A stretch of 64,000 nt of DNA from an uncultured Gammaproteobacteria bacterium. GTDB lineage: Bacteria > Pseudomonadota > Gammaproteobacteria > Steroidobacterales > Rariloculaceae. Every line of letters begins with the position of its first letter. Positions within the stretch are counted from its first letter, which is position 1. Under the pieces are notes generated by a model that saw only the letters and a list, made by a program, of their open reading frames with translations, had not been told where the DNA came from and searched no databases. Made by a program: the position numbers and the translations under genes. This document shows, piece after piece, positions 35,326-44,057 of this stretch. The stretch is from NCBI GenBank assembly GCA_964384125.1, contig CAYLKA010000005.1, positions 1,554-65,553 on the forward strand, read 5' to 3'.

Positions 35326-36609
35326 CTATACTGATGCGTGAGGTGTGCCGGGCTTCGCCCTTAGGCGTTCTCGCGCCGCTTCCGCATAGGCCTGATCTCT
35401 TGGCAACAGAAATGCCGCTGAACGGACTTTATGGGTGTCCGGATCGAGGCCCGGCGGTGGCTTTCCTTCCTCCTGCATTTCTTTGACTGCCTCTAGAAGT
35501 TTTCGGCGAGCCAGCATGATGCCACGGTCGGTTGGTGCGAGCTTCTCCCGGGTGCGGTCGCAGATGGGTCCCATGCTCTCCTGCAACGATGAGTCCTGAA
35601 CTGCAATGCCGTGCACCCCGCTGTAGGTGATGCCCGCTTTCTGAGCTTCTCGGTCCATCAGATAGTCGTTCGACTTGTTGGCCCGCGGGATAAACGTACC
35701 CGGGACGTAGTCGGAGTGAATGCCCTCACCATTTTTCATGGCTTGGAGTTCCTCCGGGGTAAGATTTCGCGATGCCTTGTAGTCGTAGCTCCACGTCCAG
35801 CAGTGCTCATTATCAATCGGGACCCAAAAATGACCGTGCACCGGATGGTCTGCCCTGGGCGGAATCATTGTGAATGCCGGCATCAACCATTGCGTAATCC
35901 TCCAATAGTATTGATCGTTGTCTGCGTTCCTCCGCGCACCGATCAATAATCCACCGGGATTTTCGGTGATCTCGAAAACTGGCCGTAAGTCTCCGAAGTT
36001 GTATTCGTTGCCCTTGGAACCTTTGAACAAGGGATCGGAATTCAGCGCACCGCTGTGCAGGAAAGAGACATGGCTGGAATCGATCCCGCCTTCCATGGCT
36101 TGTAACCAATTACATTCCTGAAAGCGTTTGGTGATAAAACGTTGCTCCGGATCGACGGTGCAGAACTCGTACTCCGGTAGAGGAGGTTTCCTCTTCGGGT
36201 CGCCCATGTACGTCCAGAGAATGCCGCCTTTCTCCACTAACGGATAGGACTTTAACTTTATCTGTTCGGCGAACTTCGGGTCTTCCTCCGATGGAACTTC
36301 TACACACTTACCGAAAACATCGTATTTCCAGCCGTGGTATGGACACCGTAGGCCACTTTCTTCGTTGCGCCCGAACCATAACGAAACGCATCGATGTGCA
36401 CAGAATTCGTCGATGAGGCCGAGGCGATTCTCAGTGTCACGAAAGGCGATCAGTTTTTCCGAGAATAACTGAACACGCACCGGTGGGCAGTCTGGTTCCG
36501 GTAATTCATCTGCAAGTAAGGCTGGGTGCCAGTAACACCTGAAAAAATCACCCATAGGCGTTCCCGGGTCTGTTTTAGTCAGGAGTTCGTTCCGCTCTTT
36601 CGTAAGCAT
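35326..36609 (-). CDS. Rieske [2Fe-2S] non-heme-iron oxygenase, alpha subunit (phthalate-dioxygenase/VanA/KshA-type, alpha-only class)
   Basis: 427 aa. Rieske motif CAHRCVSLWFGRNEESGLRCPYHGW. Mononuclear iron motif EGGIDSSHVSFLH (D-x2-H-x4-H). Confidence 0.85.
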   Translation of the reverse strand: MLTKERNELLTKTDPGTPMGDFFRCYWHPALLADELPEPDCPPVRVQLFSEKLIAFRDTENRLGLIDEFCAHRCVSLWFGRNEESGLRCPYHGWKYDVFGKCVEVPSEEDPKFAEQIKLKSYPLVEKGGILWTYMGDPKRKPPLPEYEFCTVDPEQRFITKRFQECNWLQAMEGGIDSSHVSFLHSGALNSDPLFKGSKGNEYNFGDLRPVFEITENPGGLLIGARRNADNDQYYWRITQWLMPAFTMIPPRADHPVHGHFWVPIDNEHCWTWSYDYKASRNLTPEELQAMKNGEGIHSDYVPGTFIPRANKSNDYLMDREAQKAGITYSGVHGIAVQDSSLQESMGPICDRTREKLAPTDRGIMLARRKLLEAVKEMQEEGKPPPGLDPDTHKVRSAAFLLPRDQAYAEAARERLRAKPGTPHASV

Positions 36610-36630
36610 CGGTTACACTCGCAAGTAGTT

Positions 36631-36658
36631 AACGTCCCCCAGAACAAGGATGGACGTT
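36631..36658. promoter_or_regulatory. Inverted repeat AACGTCC-N14-GGACGTT in a divergent promoter region
   Basis: 7-bp perfect arms at 36631-36637 and 36652-36658, within the 78-nt gap between the Rieske oxygenase start (36609, minus) and the PanB-like start (36688, plus). Confidence 0.3.
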
Positions 36659-36687
36659 CGTTCAAGCCAACCTCGCAGGGTCGCGCC

Positions 36688-37509
36688 GTGGCCGACAAAG
36701 TAACGATACCACAGCTACAGCAGATGAAACGCGATGCCCACAAGATTGTCGGCGTCGTTGCCTGGGATTGTCATATCGCTCGGATAGCCGATCGGAGTGG
36801 TGTGGAAATACTGTCCGTTGGCGATTCGGTGGGGGTTAACCTGTGGGGACATTCGAACCCGTTTACCGTGACGATGGATCAGATGGTGACCGTTGCGCAG
36901 GCGGTTCGCGCGGGAACGACCCGCGCTCTTCTTAGCTGCGACCTGCCGTATGGACCGCTTCAGGATAGCGTCGACGCAGCAGTGGAGGCTAGCGTCCGGA
37001 TGGTCAAGGAGGCGGGTGTCGATATGGTTAAGCTCGACGGTGCGGCTGATTTCCCAGAGGCTGTGGAAGCGGTCACCCACGCTGGAATTCCGGTCTGGGC
37101 CCAGTTCGGCATCACACCACAGACCTCTCTCCAGTACGGTATTGAATTTGCCGCGTTGCCTGAGGCTGAGGTGCCATTGGATATGAAGGAACAGTTCGTT
37201 TCCGAGGCAAAGCTGCTGCAAGAGGCCGGTGCTGTCATGCTCGATTTCACAAACTCTGGGCCCATCGTGGGTCCGGAGGTCACCTCGGCCGTGTCTATTC
37301 CCGTTATCGGCGGTTTCGGTGGCGGACCATGGCTGGATGGACGCGTACGGATGGCTCACGCTGCCATCGGTTATGGTGCGAAGCACCTGGACGAGGACAT
37401 CGAGACATACGCAAACGTTGCCTGCATCGCTCGCGATGCCATAACTGCGTTTAGTGAGGATGTTCGCGCCGCCCGGCAGATTAAGGGTGCGGTGAGGGCA
37501 AAGGGGTAA
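36688..37509 (+). CDS. PanB-family (3-methyl-2-oxobutanoate hydroxymethyltransferase-like) enzyme
   Basis: Aligns by eye along its length with E. coli PanB (IPQLQQMK..., SVGDSVGVNLWGH, MVKLDG, FGITPQ, IPVIGGFGGG). GTG 36688 chosen because the ORF-track start 36526 would overlap the divergent Rieske gene. Confidence 0.7.
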   Translation: MADKVTIPQLQQMKRDAHKIVGVVAWDCHIARIADRSGVEILSVGDSVGVNLWGHSNPFTVTMDQMVTVAQAVRAGTTRALLSCDLPYGPLQDSVDAAVEASVRMVKEAGVDMVKLDGAADFPEAVEAVTHAGIPVWAQFGITPQTSLQYGIEFAALPEAEVPLDMKEQFVSEAKLLQEAGAVMLDFTNSGPIVGPEVTSAVSIPVIGGFGGGPWLDGRVRMAHAAIGYGAKHLDEDIETYANVACIARDAITAFSEDVRAARQIKGAVRAKG

Positions 37510-37520
37510 AGGAAGACAAC

Positions 37521-38381
37521 GTGCCATCGGCGACTATCGACGGAATCCAAACGCATTACGAAATCATTGGCGATGGACCACCCTTATTGATGTTTTCTCC
37601 TGGCGGATTCGATGCGACGTTCGATAAATGGTCGAATCTGGGGGTCTACTCGAGAATCAAGCTCCTTGATTATCTGCCAGAGAAGTACCGATGCATCGTT
37701 TTCGACCGACGCGAGACCGGACAGTCGGGTGGACGCGTAGAGGAACTGACTTGGGCTCACTACGTTAGGCAAGGTAAGGGTCTCCTGGATCATTTAGGTG
37801 TGCGTCAGGCGCATTTGTTCGGCGGATGCATGGGCTGTTGCCCCGTGTTGGCGTTTGCCGTTGAGTATCCCGAGGTTACCTTGAGTATGGTGCTCTTCTG
37901 GCCGGTCGGTGGTGCTCACTTTCGTATCCGAGGGCATAAGCGATTCGCCACGCATCGAGCGTTTGTGCAGGAGAACGGACTTGGGGGCGTAGTGGAACTT
38001 GCGAAGACGACTGACGCTGGATTCGGTAAGGATCCGAGAATCGGACCGTGGGCGCCTGTGATTCGCCGAGATAGAGAGTTTGCTGCCCGTTACACCGCTT
38101 TTGATGTTGCCGAGTACAAGGAAATTATCGAACGTCTGTCCCGAAATCTTATGGATAGAGATACCGTGCCCGGCACGGAACCTGAGAATCTGATCGGGTT
38201 GACGACCCCGGCGCTGATTGTTCCCGGAAGGGACATTGCACACGCTACTTCGGCCGCATGGTATTTGGATGAGTGTTTGCCGTCGTCGCAATATTGGGAT
38301 GTGCTACCGGACGATCTGAGCGAAGCTAACGCGCCTGCCAGAATCATTCGCTTCCTGGATAGCATCACCGGTGAGGAGTAA
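37521..38381 (+). CDS. Alpha/beta-fold hydrolase with Cys at the nucleophile elbow
   Basis: 286 aa. HYEIIGDGPPLLMFSPGG N-terminus. Nucleophile elbow reads G-G-C-M-G where G-x-S-x-G is expected. Confidence 0.7.
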   Translation: MPSATIDGIQTHYEIIGDGPPLLMFSPGGFDATFDKWSNLGVYSRIKLLDYLPEKYRCIVFDRRETGQSGGRVEELTWAHYVRQGKGLLDHLGVRQAHLFGGCMGCCPVLAFAVEYPEVTLSMVLFWPVGGAHFRIRGHKRFATHRAFVQENGLGGVVELAKTTDAGFGKDPRIGPWAPVIRRDREFAARYTAFDVAEYKEIIERLSRNLMDRDTVPGTEPENLIGLTTPALIVPGRDIAHATSAAWYLDECLPSSQYWDVLPDDLSEANAPARIIRFLDSITGEE

Positions 38382-38382
38382 G

Positions 38383-38396
38383 CCAGGGCGCCCTGG
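38383..38396. terminator. GC palindrome CCAGGGCGCCCTGG between convergent genes (weak bidirectional terminator candidate)
   Basis: Perfect 14-bp palindrome in the 20-nt gap between the stops at 38381 (+) and 38402 (-). No T-tract. Confidence 0.25.
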
Positions 38397-38401
38397 TCAG
38401 C

Positions 38402-39346
38402 TCAAGCTGTCAGCTCGAGTGTGCCTTTTGCGAATACGGATTCGATTTCTATCGGCTTCCGCAGAATCTTCTGAGCTTCCGCATTCTTGAGGAGACTCTC
38501 AAGTACGGCCTGGTTAGGTCCGATACCGTAAGGTAATGGATCGCCCATCAACCCCATCATCCGAAGGTGTAGCTCATCCACGCTGGTAGGACTTTCGATC
38601 TTTCCTGTTCGGAGACGTTCCAGATAAAGATTTTTGGCCTCAGCAAACGCATTGAAAATTGCGACGTCTACTCCCGGATGCTCCTTTATGACACTGTCTC
38701 GAACGACGATAAGGTGATTGATCGGGTAGTGTCCCCGATCTTTGAAGGCTGTGATCCCTGCCTCTAGAGGGTTCGAGATCAAGGGCTGAATGTTGGGGTC
38801 ATTGGATTCGATGTTTATCGCGGCAGCGAGATCACCGCTGTCGAGTAGCTCATCGATTGTCTTGCCGGGTTCTATCGAGACCACATTCTCTGGGGGTCTG
38901 TATTTTTCGACGTGCTCATCTCCTGAGAGGACCCACGTGACTTTGCTGAGGTCGACGCCGTACTCCTCCTGTAGGACTCCGCGTGCCCAAACCCCGGCGG
39001 TGACTGTATAGCCTCGGTTTACGCCGACGCGCTGACCTTCGAGATCTTTGGGGTTCTCGAGGCCAAACTTGATATTGTGAAGAATCGCACCGTGATGGAA
39101 TGCACGTTTGAGGAAAATGGGCAGCCCGCTAAAAGGCACACCGTGGTCACGAGCGCATAAATAGGTCGTCAGGGCCATTTCGCAGACCTCAAACTCAAGT
39201 GTTCGTACCATTCGGCGAAAGGCGTGAACTAGGACAGGTACTTCTTCGAAGGTAAAGGAGAAGCCCGCTGGATGAATGGAGCCATCTTTCAACGCCAAGT
39301 TGTTACCCTGTTCTCGGCTCACGATTTGCAGTGCAGGTATCGCCAT
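38402..39346 (-). CDS. 4,5-dihydroxyphthalate decarboxylase-like protein (PhtD/Pht5 family, binding-protein fold, cytoplasmic)
   Basis: 314 aa with no signal peptide. FRRMVRTLEFEVCEMALTTYL, HHGAIL, DLEGQRVGV, TAGVWARGVLQEEYGVDLSKVTW match my recollection of Pht5-type decarboxylases. Lies 15 nt downstream of the EutA-like gene. Confidence 0.6.
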   Translation of the reverse strand: MAIPALQIVSREQGNNLALKDGSIHPAGFSFTFEEVPVLVHAFRRMVRTLEFEVCEMALTTYLCARDHGVPFSGLPIFLKRAFHHGAILHNIKFGLENPKDLEGQRVGVNRGYTVTAGVWARGVLQEEYGVDLSKVTWVLSGDEHVEKYRPPENVVSIEPGKTIDELLDSGDLAAAINIESNDPNIQPLISNPLEAGITAFKDRGHYPINHLIVVRDSVIKEHPGVDVAIFNAFAEAKNLYLERLRTGKIESPTSVDELHLRMMGLMGDPLPYGIGPNQAVLESLLKNAEAQKILRKPIEIESVFAKGTLELTA

Positions 39347-39361
39347 GGCAATCCTTTGAAA

Positions 39362-40984
39362 CTAACTCGAGGGGAGGCGCTGCGCTTGTTCCTCGTATGG
39401 TCGGTGCTGGATTCTTTCTTCGCCACGTGCGCCTCCCGGCGTATCCCGGAAGACAAGTGATTTTATAGTGACCGGCACCGTGTGCGATGGCAGTTGGATT
39501 CGTCCCAGGTCGACATAGTCGAAATCCCCGAGTACAAGGCCGTCGACAACGAACAGCTCATTAGGAAGGCCAATCTCCTCCTTGAGGACAGCGCCGAGGT
39601 TCAAGGCGATATCGGCGTCCAGAATCACATAGATTGGTTTGTCGTTCTCGATTCGTTTAATCATAGCCTGGCTGATTCCGTCAGCAAGAGCCTTGATGCG
39701 CCGAAATGTTGGCTCGCCCTCCCAATGAAAGGCGAGGACGATATCGGCGTCCGCTTCCTCGAGATCGAAGAGCTCCATGTGGCGTCCGATCTCCTGGGCC
39801 AGATTGTCGGCGTTGAAGTCTTCGCTGAAGTTGAATTCTGGACGTACAACTTGAATGTTCCGCCGGGGCAATAACGTGTTTGGATCACTGATGTACCCGG
39901 TGTTCCCGCTGATTTGAGCGGTAAATTCCGATCCGCCTAGCGCCGTTGCGCGGATACCCTGGCTGTGCGCTATGAGTGGCCAAGGTAGAACCTTGGTATC
40001 CACGCGCTCACGTAAGGCATTCCCGAGCACGTGTCCAAGGTCGCCGAAATCGCGTTTTTCTCGCCCGTAGAAGAACTCGGCCACGCCCCCCGAGAAAACG
40101 ATCCCCTCGATTCCTTGTAGGTGTGAGGCCGGATCGGTCAGGTAGAGAGAAAGTACATCCGGAGGTGGCGTTGGTCTCGTAAGTGCTGCTACGAGATCAT
40201 CGGTCATGGACTCTGCGACGGCGCAGAGTTCCGCATGGCTAGCCGTTTCACCGATGCGCCAGGCCAGACCGGCCCGCTTGGCGTGAGTCTTCCCGGCAGG
40301 ATCGAGACGCACTATTCGCCCCTTTGAGTCTACGGCCACTAGGCGTCCGCCCACGTGGAAAGCCGCGGTGGAGATGACTTTGCCTTTATCGATGACGCTC
40401 AGTTTGGTCGTGCCGCCGCCGACGTCAATGTTCAGTAGTCGCTCCCCGCGTTCGTATGAAGCTTGTGCGGCGCCCGAGCCGTGGGCAGCGAGCATTGCCT
40501 CCATGTGATGACCGGCCGAGGCACATAGGAGCTTTCCGCCTTTCTGTGAAAGGATTTGGGCAATGCGTTCGGCATTCTCTCTTCGGAGCGCCTCCCCCGT
40601 CAGGATGACCACCCCTGTATCAATTTGGTCCGGGTGTAGATGCGCAGCGCGGTATGTCTCATCAATAATTGCGCCGAGACCGCTGTCGTCGATGAGCTTT
40701 TCGCTCCGGTATGGAGTCAGACTAATGGGAGACTCGAACAGCGTCTCCCGAGCGACCACGAGGTACCGGGTGGAAAGGTCCACCGCTTGGCGTTGCAGAT
40801 GCATTCGTGAGAATAGAATCTGGGTTCCGGCGGATCCGATATCGATGCACACACTCGTCAGGGTGACATTGTCTCGCTGCCAGAGAGGGTGATCCTCGAC
40901 GGAGCCTTCAAGATTCGCGTCGGCATCGTAGCCATCCGGTGTGTGGTCGGGATCCGGGTGGTAGTGATCGTGGTACTTGTTCAT
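39362..40984 (-). CDS. EutA-like ASKHA-fold ATPase with His-rich N-terminus
   Basis: 540 aa. Aligns by eye with E. coli EutA (VCIDIGSAGTQILFSRMHLQR, VILTGEALRRENA, ASAGHHMEAMLAAHGSGA, LNIDVGGGTTK, FHVGGRLV). N-terminal KYHDHYHPDPDH tract. Confidence 0.75.
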   Translation of the reverse strand: MNKYHDHYHPDPDHTPDGYDADANLEGSVEDHPLWQRDNVTLTSVCIDIGSAGTQILFSRMHLQRQAVDLSTRYLVVARETLFESPISLTPYRSEKLIDDSGLGAIIDETYRAAHLHPDQIDTGVVILTGEALRRENAERIAQILSQKGGKLLCASAGHHMEAMLAAHGSGAAQASYERGERLLNIDVGGGTTKLSVIDKGKVISTAAFHVGGRLVAVDSKGRIVRLDPAGKTHAKRAGLAWRIGETASHAELCAVAESMTDDLVAALTRPTPPPDVLSLYLTDPASHLQGIEGIVFSGGVAEFFYGREKRDFGDLGHVLGNALRERVDTKVLPWPLIAHSQGIRATALGGSEFTAQISGNTGYISDPNTLLPRRNIQVVRPEFNFSEDFNADNLAQEIGRHMELFDLEEADADIVLAFHWEGEPTFRRIKALADGISQAMIKRIENDKPIYVILDADIALNLGAVLKEEIGLPNELFVVDGLVLGDFDYVDLGRIQLPSHTVPVTIKSLVFRDTPGGARGEERIQHRPYEEQAQRLPSS

Positions 40985-41200
40985 GCGGATCAGTCTTTGT
41001 GGAGCATCCCACCCGATTCCCCTATGATCGAGCGCAGGATCCGCCTAGCCTTGTTATATGCGGCGAAACCGTCCGCGCCGAGCTCTTGAGGATAGTTAGT
41101 ATGATACCAGCAGAGCCACCTGGTCCGCGGTTAGCTACACAGTCGTTCTTATTTGTCTCTCGTACTTTTGGAAAGCGATTGACGTCCTAAGGGGGAGTTA

Positions 41201-41494
41201 GTGAAGACGGATAAAGGCCGAATCCTCCCGCATGTACTGGTGCTCGCAGTGGTGTGTCTGATTCCTTTCTTGGCCTGGAGTCAGAATCCTTTTCCTGAGG
41301 GAGAAGCGCGGGACACCGTATTGCTGGTATGTAGTCAGTGCCATCCATTAACACGAATCATTGATGGTGACCTGACGGCTGGGGAGTGGGAGTTTATTCT
41401 TTATGACATGATCGCTCGCGGTGCGCCGGTGCATGTAGAAGACATAGAACGGGTAAGGCAATATCTGGTTGATAATTTCGGGACCGTCGATTGA
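41201..41494 (+). CDS. Small exported monoheme c-type cytochrome-like protein
   Basis: 97 aa. GTG start with an AAGGGGGAG RBS. Signal peptide. Single CSQCH heme-binding motif (nt 41330-41344). Confidence 0.6.
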   Translation: MKTDKGRILPHVLVLAVVCLIPFLAWSQNPFPEGEARDTVLLVCSQCHPLTRIIDGDLTAGEWEFILYDMIARGAPVHVEDIERVRQYLVDNFGTVD

Positions 41495-41559
41495 CCCATT
41501 TCGCCTATAGGGTCTGGCCGTTTTTAGTGGGTGATTTGAGTAGCTGAGGAGGACATCCA

Positions 41560-43452
41560 ATGCGCGACCTGGTCGGAGACCTCATTAACGCAAAGCTATC
41601 GCGGCGCCAGTTTCTCGCTGCCATGTCTGCAGCCAGTTTCACTTCGGCTGCCGCCCAGTCCGCGTTCGAGTCGGCAGCGCCGTTCGTGCCCGGATCACCT
41701 ATGCCAGAGAATTTCACCCGTACGGTGACTGGTACCGGCGCTGATCTTCTAGTGGAGCAAATGCTGGAAACGGGTGCGAAGTATTTATTCGTATCCAATG
41801 GTTCCGGGCTGGGCCCCGTTTGCGATTCTTTAGTGGATCATCCCGGTCTCCAATTGATTCAGGCAACTCATGAAGGCCAGCTTGTGGCCATCGCTGATGG
41901 TTACGCTAAGGCATCTGGAGAGACTGCATTTGGAATGTTCAGTCGGGTTGGGTTGCCTCATTCATCGTCCAATATGTACAACTCCATGAAGGACCGAACA
42001 CCTCTGGTGCTTTTCAGTGATCATGCGGATGTAGATAGGGAAGGTACCGACAGCCACGAGGACATCGACGACTGGTTGGAAGCAGTTAAACCCTATACCA
42101 AGTGGCGCTGGACTGTACACGAGCCCGAACGGTTACCGGAATGGGTTCGTAGGGCCTATAAGGTTGCCGGGGTGCTTCCGGGTGGACCGACTCACGTTAG
42201 GATTCCTCGCGATCTTCTTTATAGGCCGAACTTGTCGGCGACCGTCTTCTCCGGTCAAGCGCTGGACATTCCAATGGAATTACGTCCCAGTGAGAACGAC
42301 GTTGTACGAACGGCCCGATTTCTGCTCGATGCTTCGTCGCCGCTGTTGTACGTCGGTCCGGAGGTTAGCCAAACCGGTGCACGTGCTTCGGTGGTTGAGC
42401 TGGCCGAGTTGTTAGCAATTCCGGTGGTTCAGCACCGTAGTTTCTATGCGGATTTCCCCAATTTTCACCCCTTGTATCTTGGAGAACTGCCCAACGTTCA
42501 GCCTTATTTGCAGAGTTATCCCACACCGATTGATTGTTTCGTCAATTTCGGTGCGCGTTTCCCGTCCGATTGGAACTTGCAGAATCTCGCGGTCATTCAT
42601 GCGAGCGTGGATCCGAGCAGTCTGGGGCGAAATGCTCCACTAGCGGGCGCGCTTGTCGGTCATCTTGACCAGGTGGCGCGGTCGTTGATCGAGGCGGTGA
42701 AGGACCTGGCGAGCCCCCAGCAGATAGAAGCACGGACAGCAGACCGGCGCGCTCGTTGTGCTGCCCACACAGCGCAGGTGCGTGCGGCACGTTTGGAGGC
42801 TGGCCGTCGCGTCGGTGGCGCTCCGGTTCCGTGGCAACGCCTGATGTACGAGCTGAACCAGCAACTGGATGCGGATGCCGTGGTTGTCGAGGAGCTCGGG
42901 ACCGAGCAGAAAACACTCGGGTATTTCCCATTCGCCGACGATGCAAAGATGAAAATAGGTCGTACCGAGGGCCGGGCTCTGGGTTGGGGCGTCGGTGCTT
43001 CCGCCGGGGTCAAACTGGCTCTTCCCGACCGACAGGTGGTGTCGCTCCAGGGAGATGGTGGCTTCCTATTTGGCCAGACCGATTCTCTTTGGACAATGTC
43101 CCGATACGATATTCCGGTGATGACGGTCGTGACCAATAATCGAAGCTACGAGGAAACGCGTTGGCAGATCTTTAATCGCGGTGGGCGAGCAGGGCAGGCC
43201 GGACGCGACTATGTCTCTTATCTCGGTGACCCGGACGTTAATTTCACGAATTTAGCCGCCGCTTACAATATACCCGGGGCGGTCGTTTCCAATAGCGAAG
43301 AGTTGGCTCCAGCGATTCGCCAGGGTCTGCGCACTTTGAGGGAAGGTAGACCGTTTCTACTCGATGTCCACACCCGTACGCTGGGAGCTGGTGCGGAGCT
43401 GACCTGGTACCCGGACTTCTCGCTGGCCGATCAGCGGGCACGTAAGGTATGA
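41560..43452 (+). CDS. Thiamine-diphosphate-dependent enzyme (acetolactate synthase / pyruvate oxidase fold) with a twin-arginine signal peptide
   Basis: 630 aa with a GAGGAGG RBS. SRRQFLAAMSAASFTSAAAQSA Tat motif (nt 41599-41619 encode SRRQFLA). ThDP motif GDGGFLFG...VVTNN. N-terminal Pyr-domain pattern GSGLGPV...HEGQLVAIADGYA. Confidence 0.8.
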   Translation: MRDLVGDLINAKLSRRQFLAAMSAASFTSAAAQSAFESAAPFVPGSPMPENFTRTVTGTGADLLVEQMLETGAKYLFVSNGSGLGPVCDSLVDHPGLQLIQATHEGQLVAIADGYAKASGETAFGMFSRVGLPHSSSNMYNSMKDRTPLVLFSDHADVDREGTDSHEDIDDWLEAVKPYTKWRWTVHEPERLPEWVRRAYKVAGVLPGGPTHVRIPRDLLYRPNLSATVFSGQALDIPMELRPSENDVVRTARFLLDASSPLLYVGPEVSQTGARASVVELAELLAIPVVQHRSFYADFPNFHPLYLGELPNVQPYLQSYPTPIDCFVNFGARFPSDWNLQNLAVIHASVDPSSLGRNAPLAGALVGHLDQVARSLIEAVKDLASPQQIEARTADRRARCAAHTAQVRAARLEAGRRVGGAPVPWQRLMYELNQQLDADAVVVEELGTEQKTLGYFPFADDAKMKIGRTEGRALGWGVGASAGVKLALPDRQVVSLQGDGGFLFGQTDSLWTMSRYDIPVMTVVTNNRSYEETRWQIFNRGGRAGQAGRDYVSYLGDPDVNFTNLAAAYNIPGAVVSNSEELAPAIRQGLRTLREGRPFLLDVHTRTLGAGAELTWYPDFSLADQRARKV

Positions 43453-43514
43453 ACCTTCGTGGCGTGGTCACTCGACGGCGTTCCAGGGAAAGGGGTACGG
43501 TTTAGAACCGAGAC

Positions 43515-43916
43515 TCAATGCCTATGGTCACTTGAATGGTCGTGTCCGTGCTGTTGAGCCATGATCGCCTCGCCCTCCGTGTAGCCCGTCATCAGTGCTT
43601 CGATCAACCGTTTCAGGGGATCCTCCTGTAATGGTTGATGTGCGGCCATGAATCCGGCTAATCGAGCGTATACCAATGGTTCCATGGAGAGTCGGTCGTA
43701 GCCGCTGACTTCCTCGGGAGCTCGGTTGAGCTCTGCCGCGGAACGCAAAGTGTTCCGAAAAAGGGTATCGAGATAGGCGTAAACGGGATCGCCATCCTGA
43801 CCCTCGTCAGGGAGTGTTGCTAGATAACGTCGAGTATGGTCGATGAATCGGACGTAATACTCTTCCGCCAGGGATTCGTCGCTTTCAATATCTCCGCACA
43901 TCAGATCTTTCTCCAA
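43515..43916 (-). CDS. Hypothetical acidic protein with a His-rich C-terminal tail
   Basis: 133 aa with no recognised motif. Ends in QQHGHDHSSDHRH. Confidence 0.4.
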   Translation of the reverse strand: MEKDLMCGDIESDESLAEEYYVRFIDHTRRYLATLPDEGQDGDPVYAYLDTLFRNTLRSAAELNRAPEEVSGYDRLSMEPLVYARLAGFMAAHQPLQEDPLKRLIEALMTGYTEGEAIMAQQHGHDHSSDHRH

Positions 43917-44057
43917 TTAGTCTCGTCCGCTCCAGGCCAAGCCCATCGTTGCCCCGGCGGAGAGTTCCTCGACCGGTGACAGATGGTCCGCTCGGCATTG
44001 GCGGACATTTCCAGAACCGCGATGATAGTATCTTCCGTGACGAAGGGAGAGCCAGAG

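Noticed and set aside
36526-36687. Upstream extension of the PanB-like ORF, and the 270-aa antisense ORF 36715..37527.
   Set aside because: The extension overlaps the divergently transcribed Rieske oxygenase by 84 nt and has no PanB homology. The antisense ORF has no motifs and lies wholly inside the PanB-like gene.
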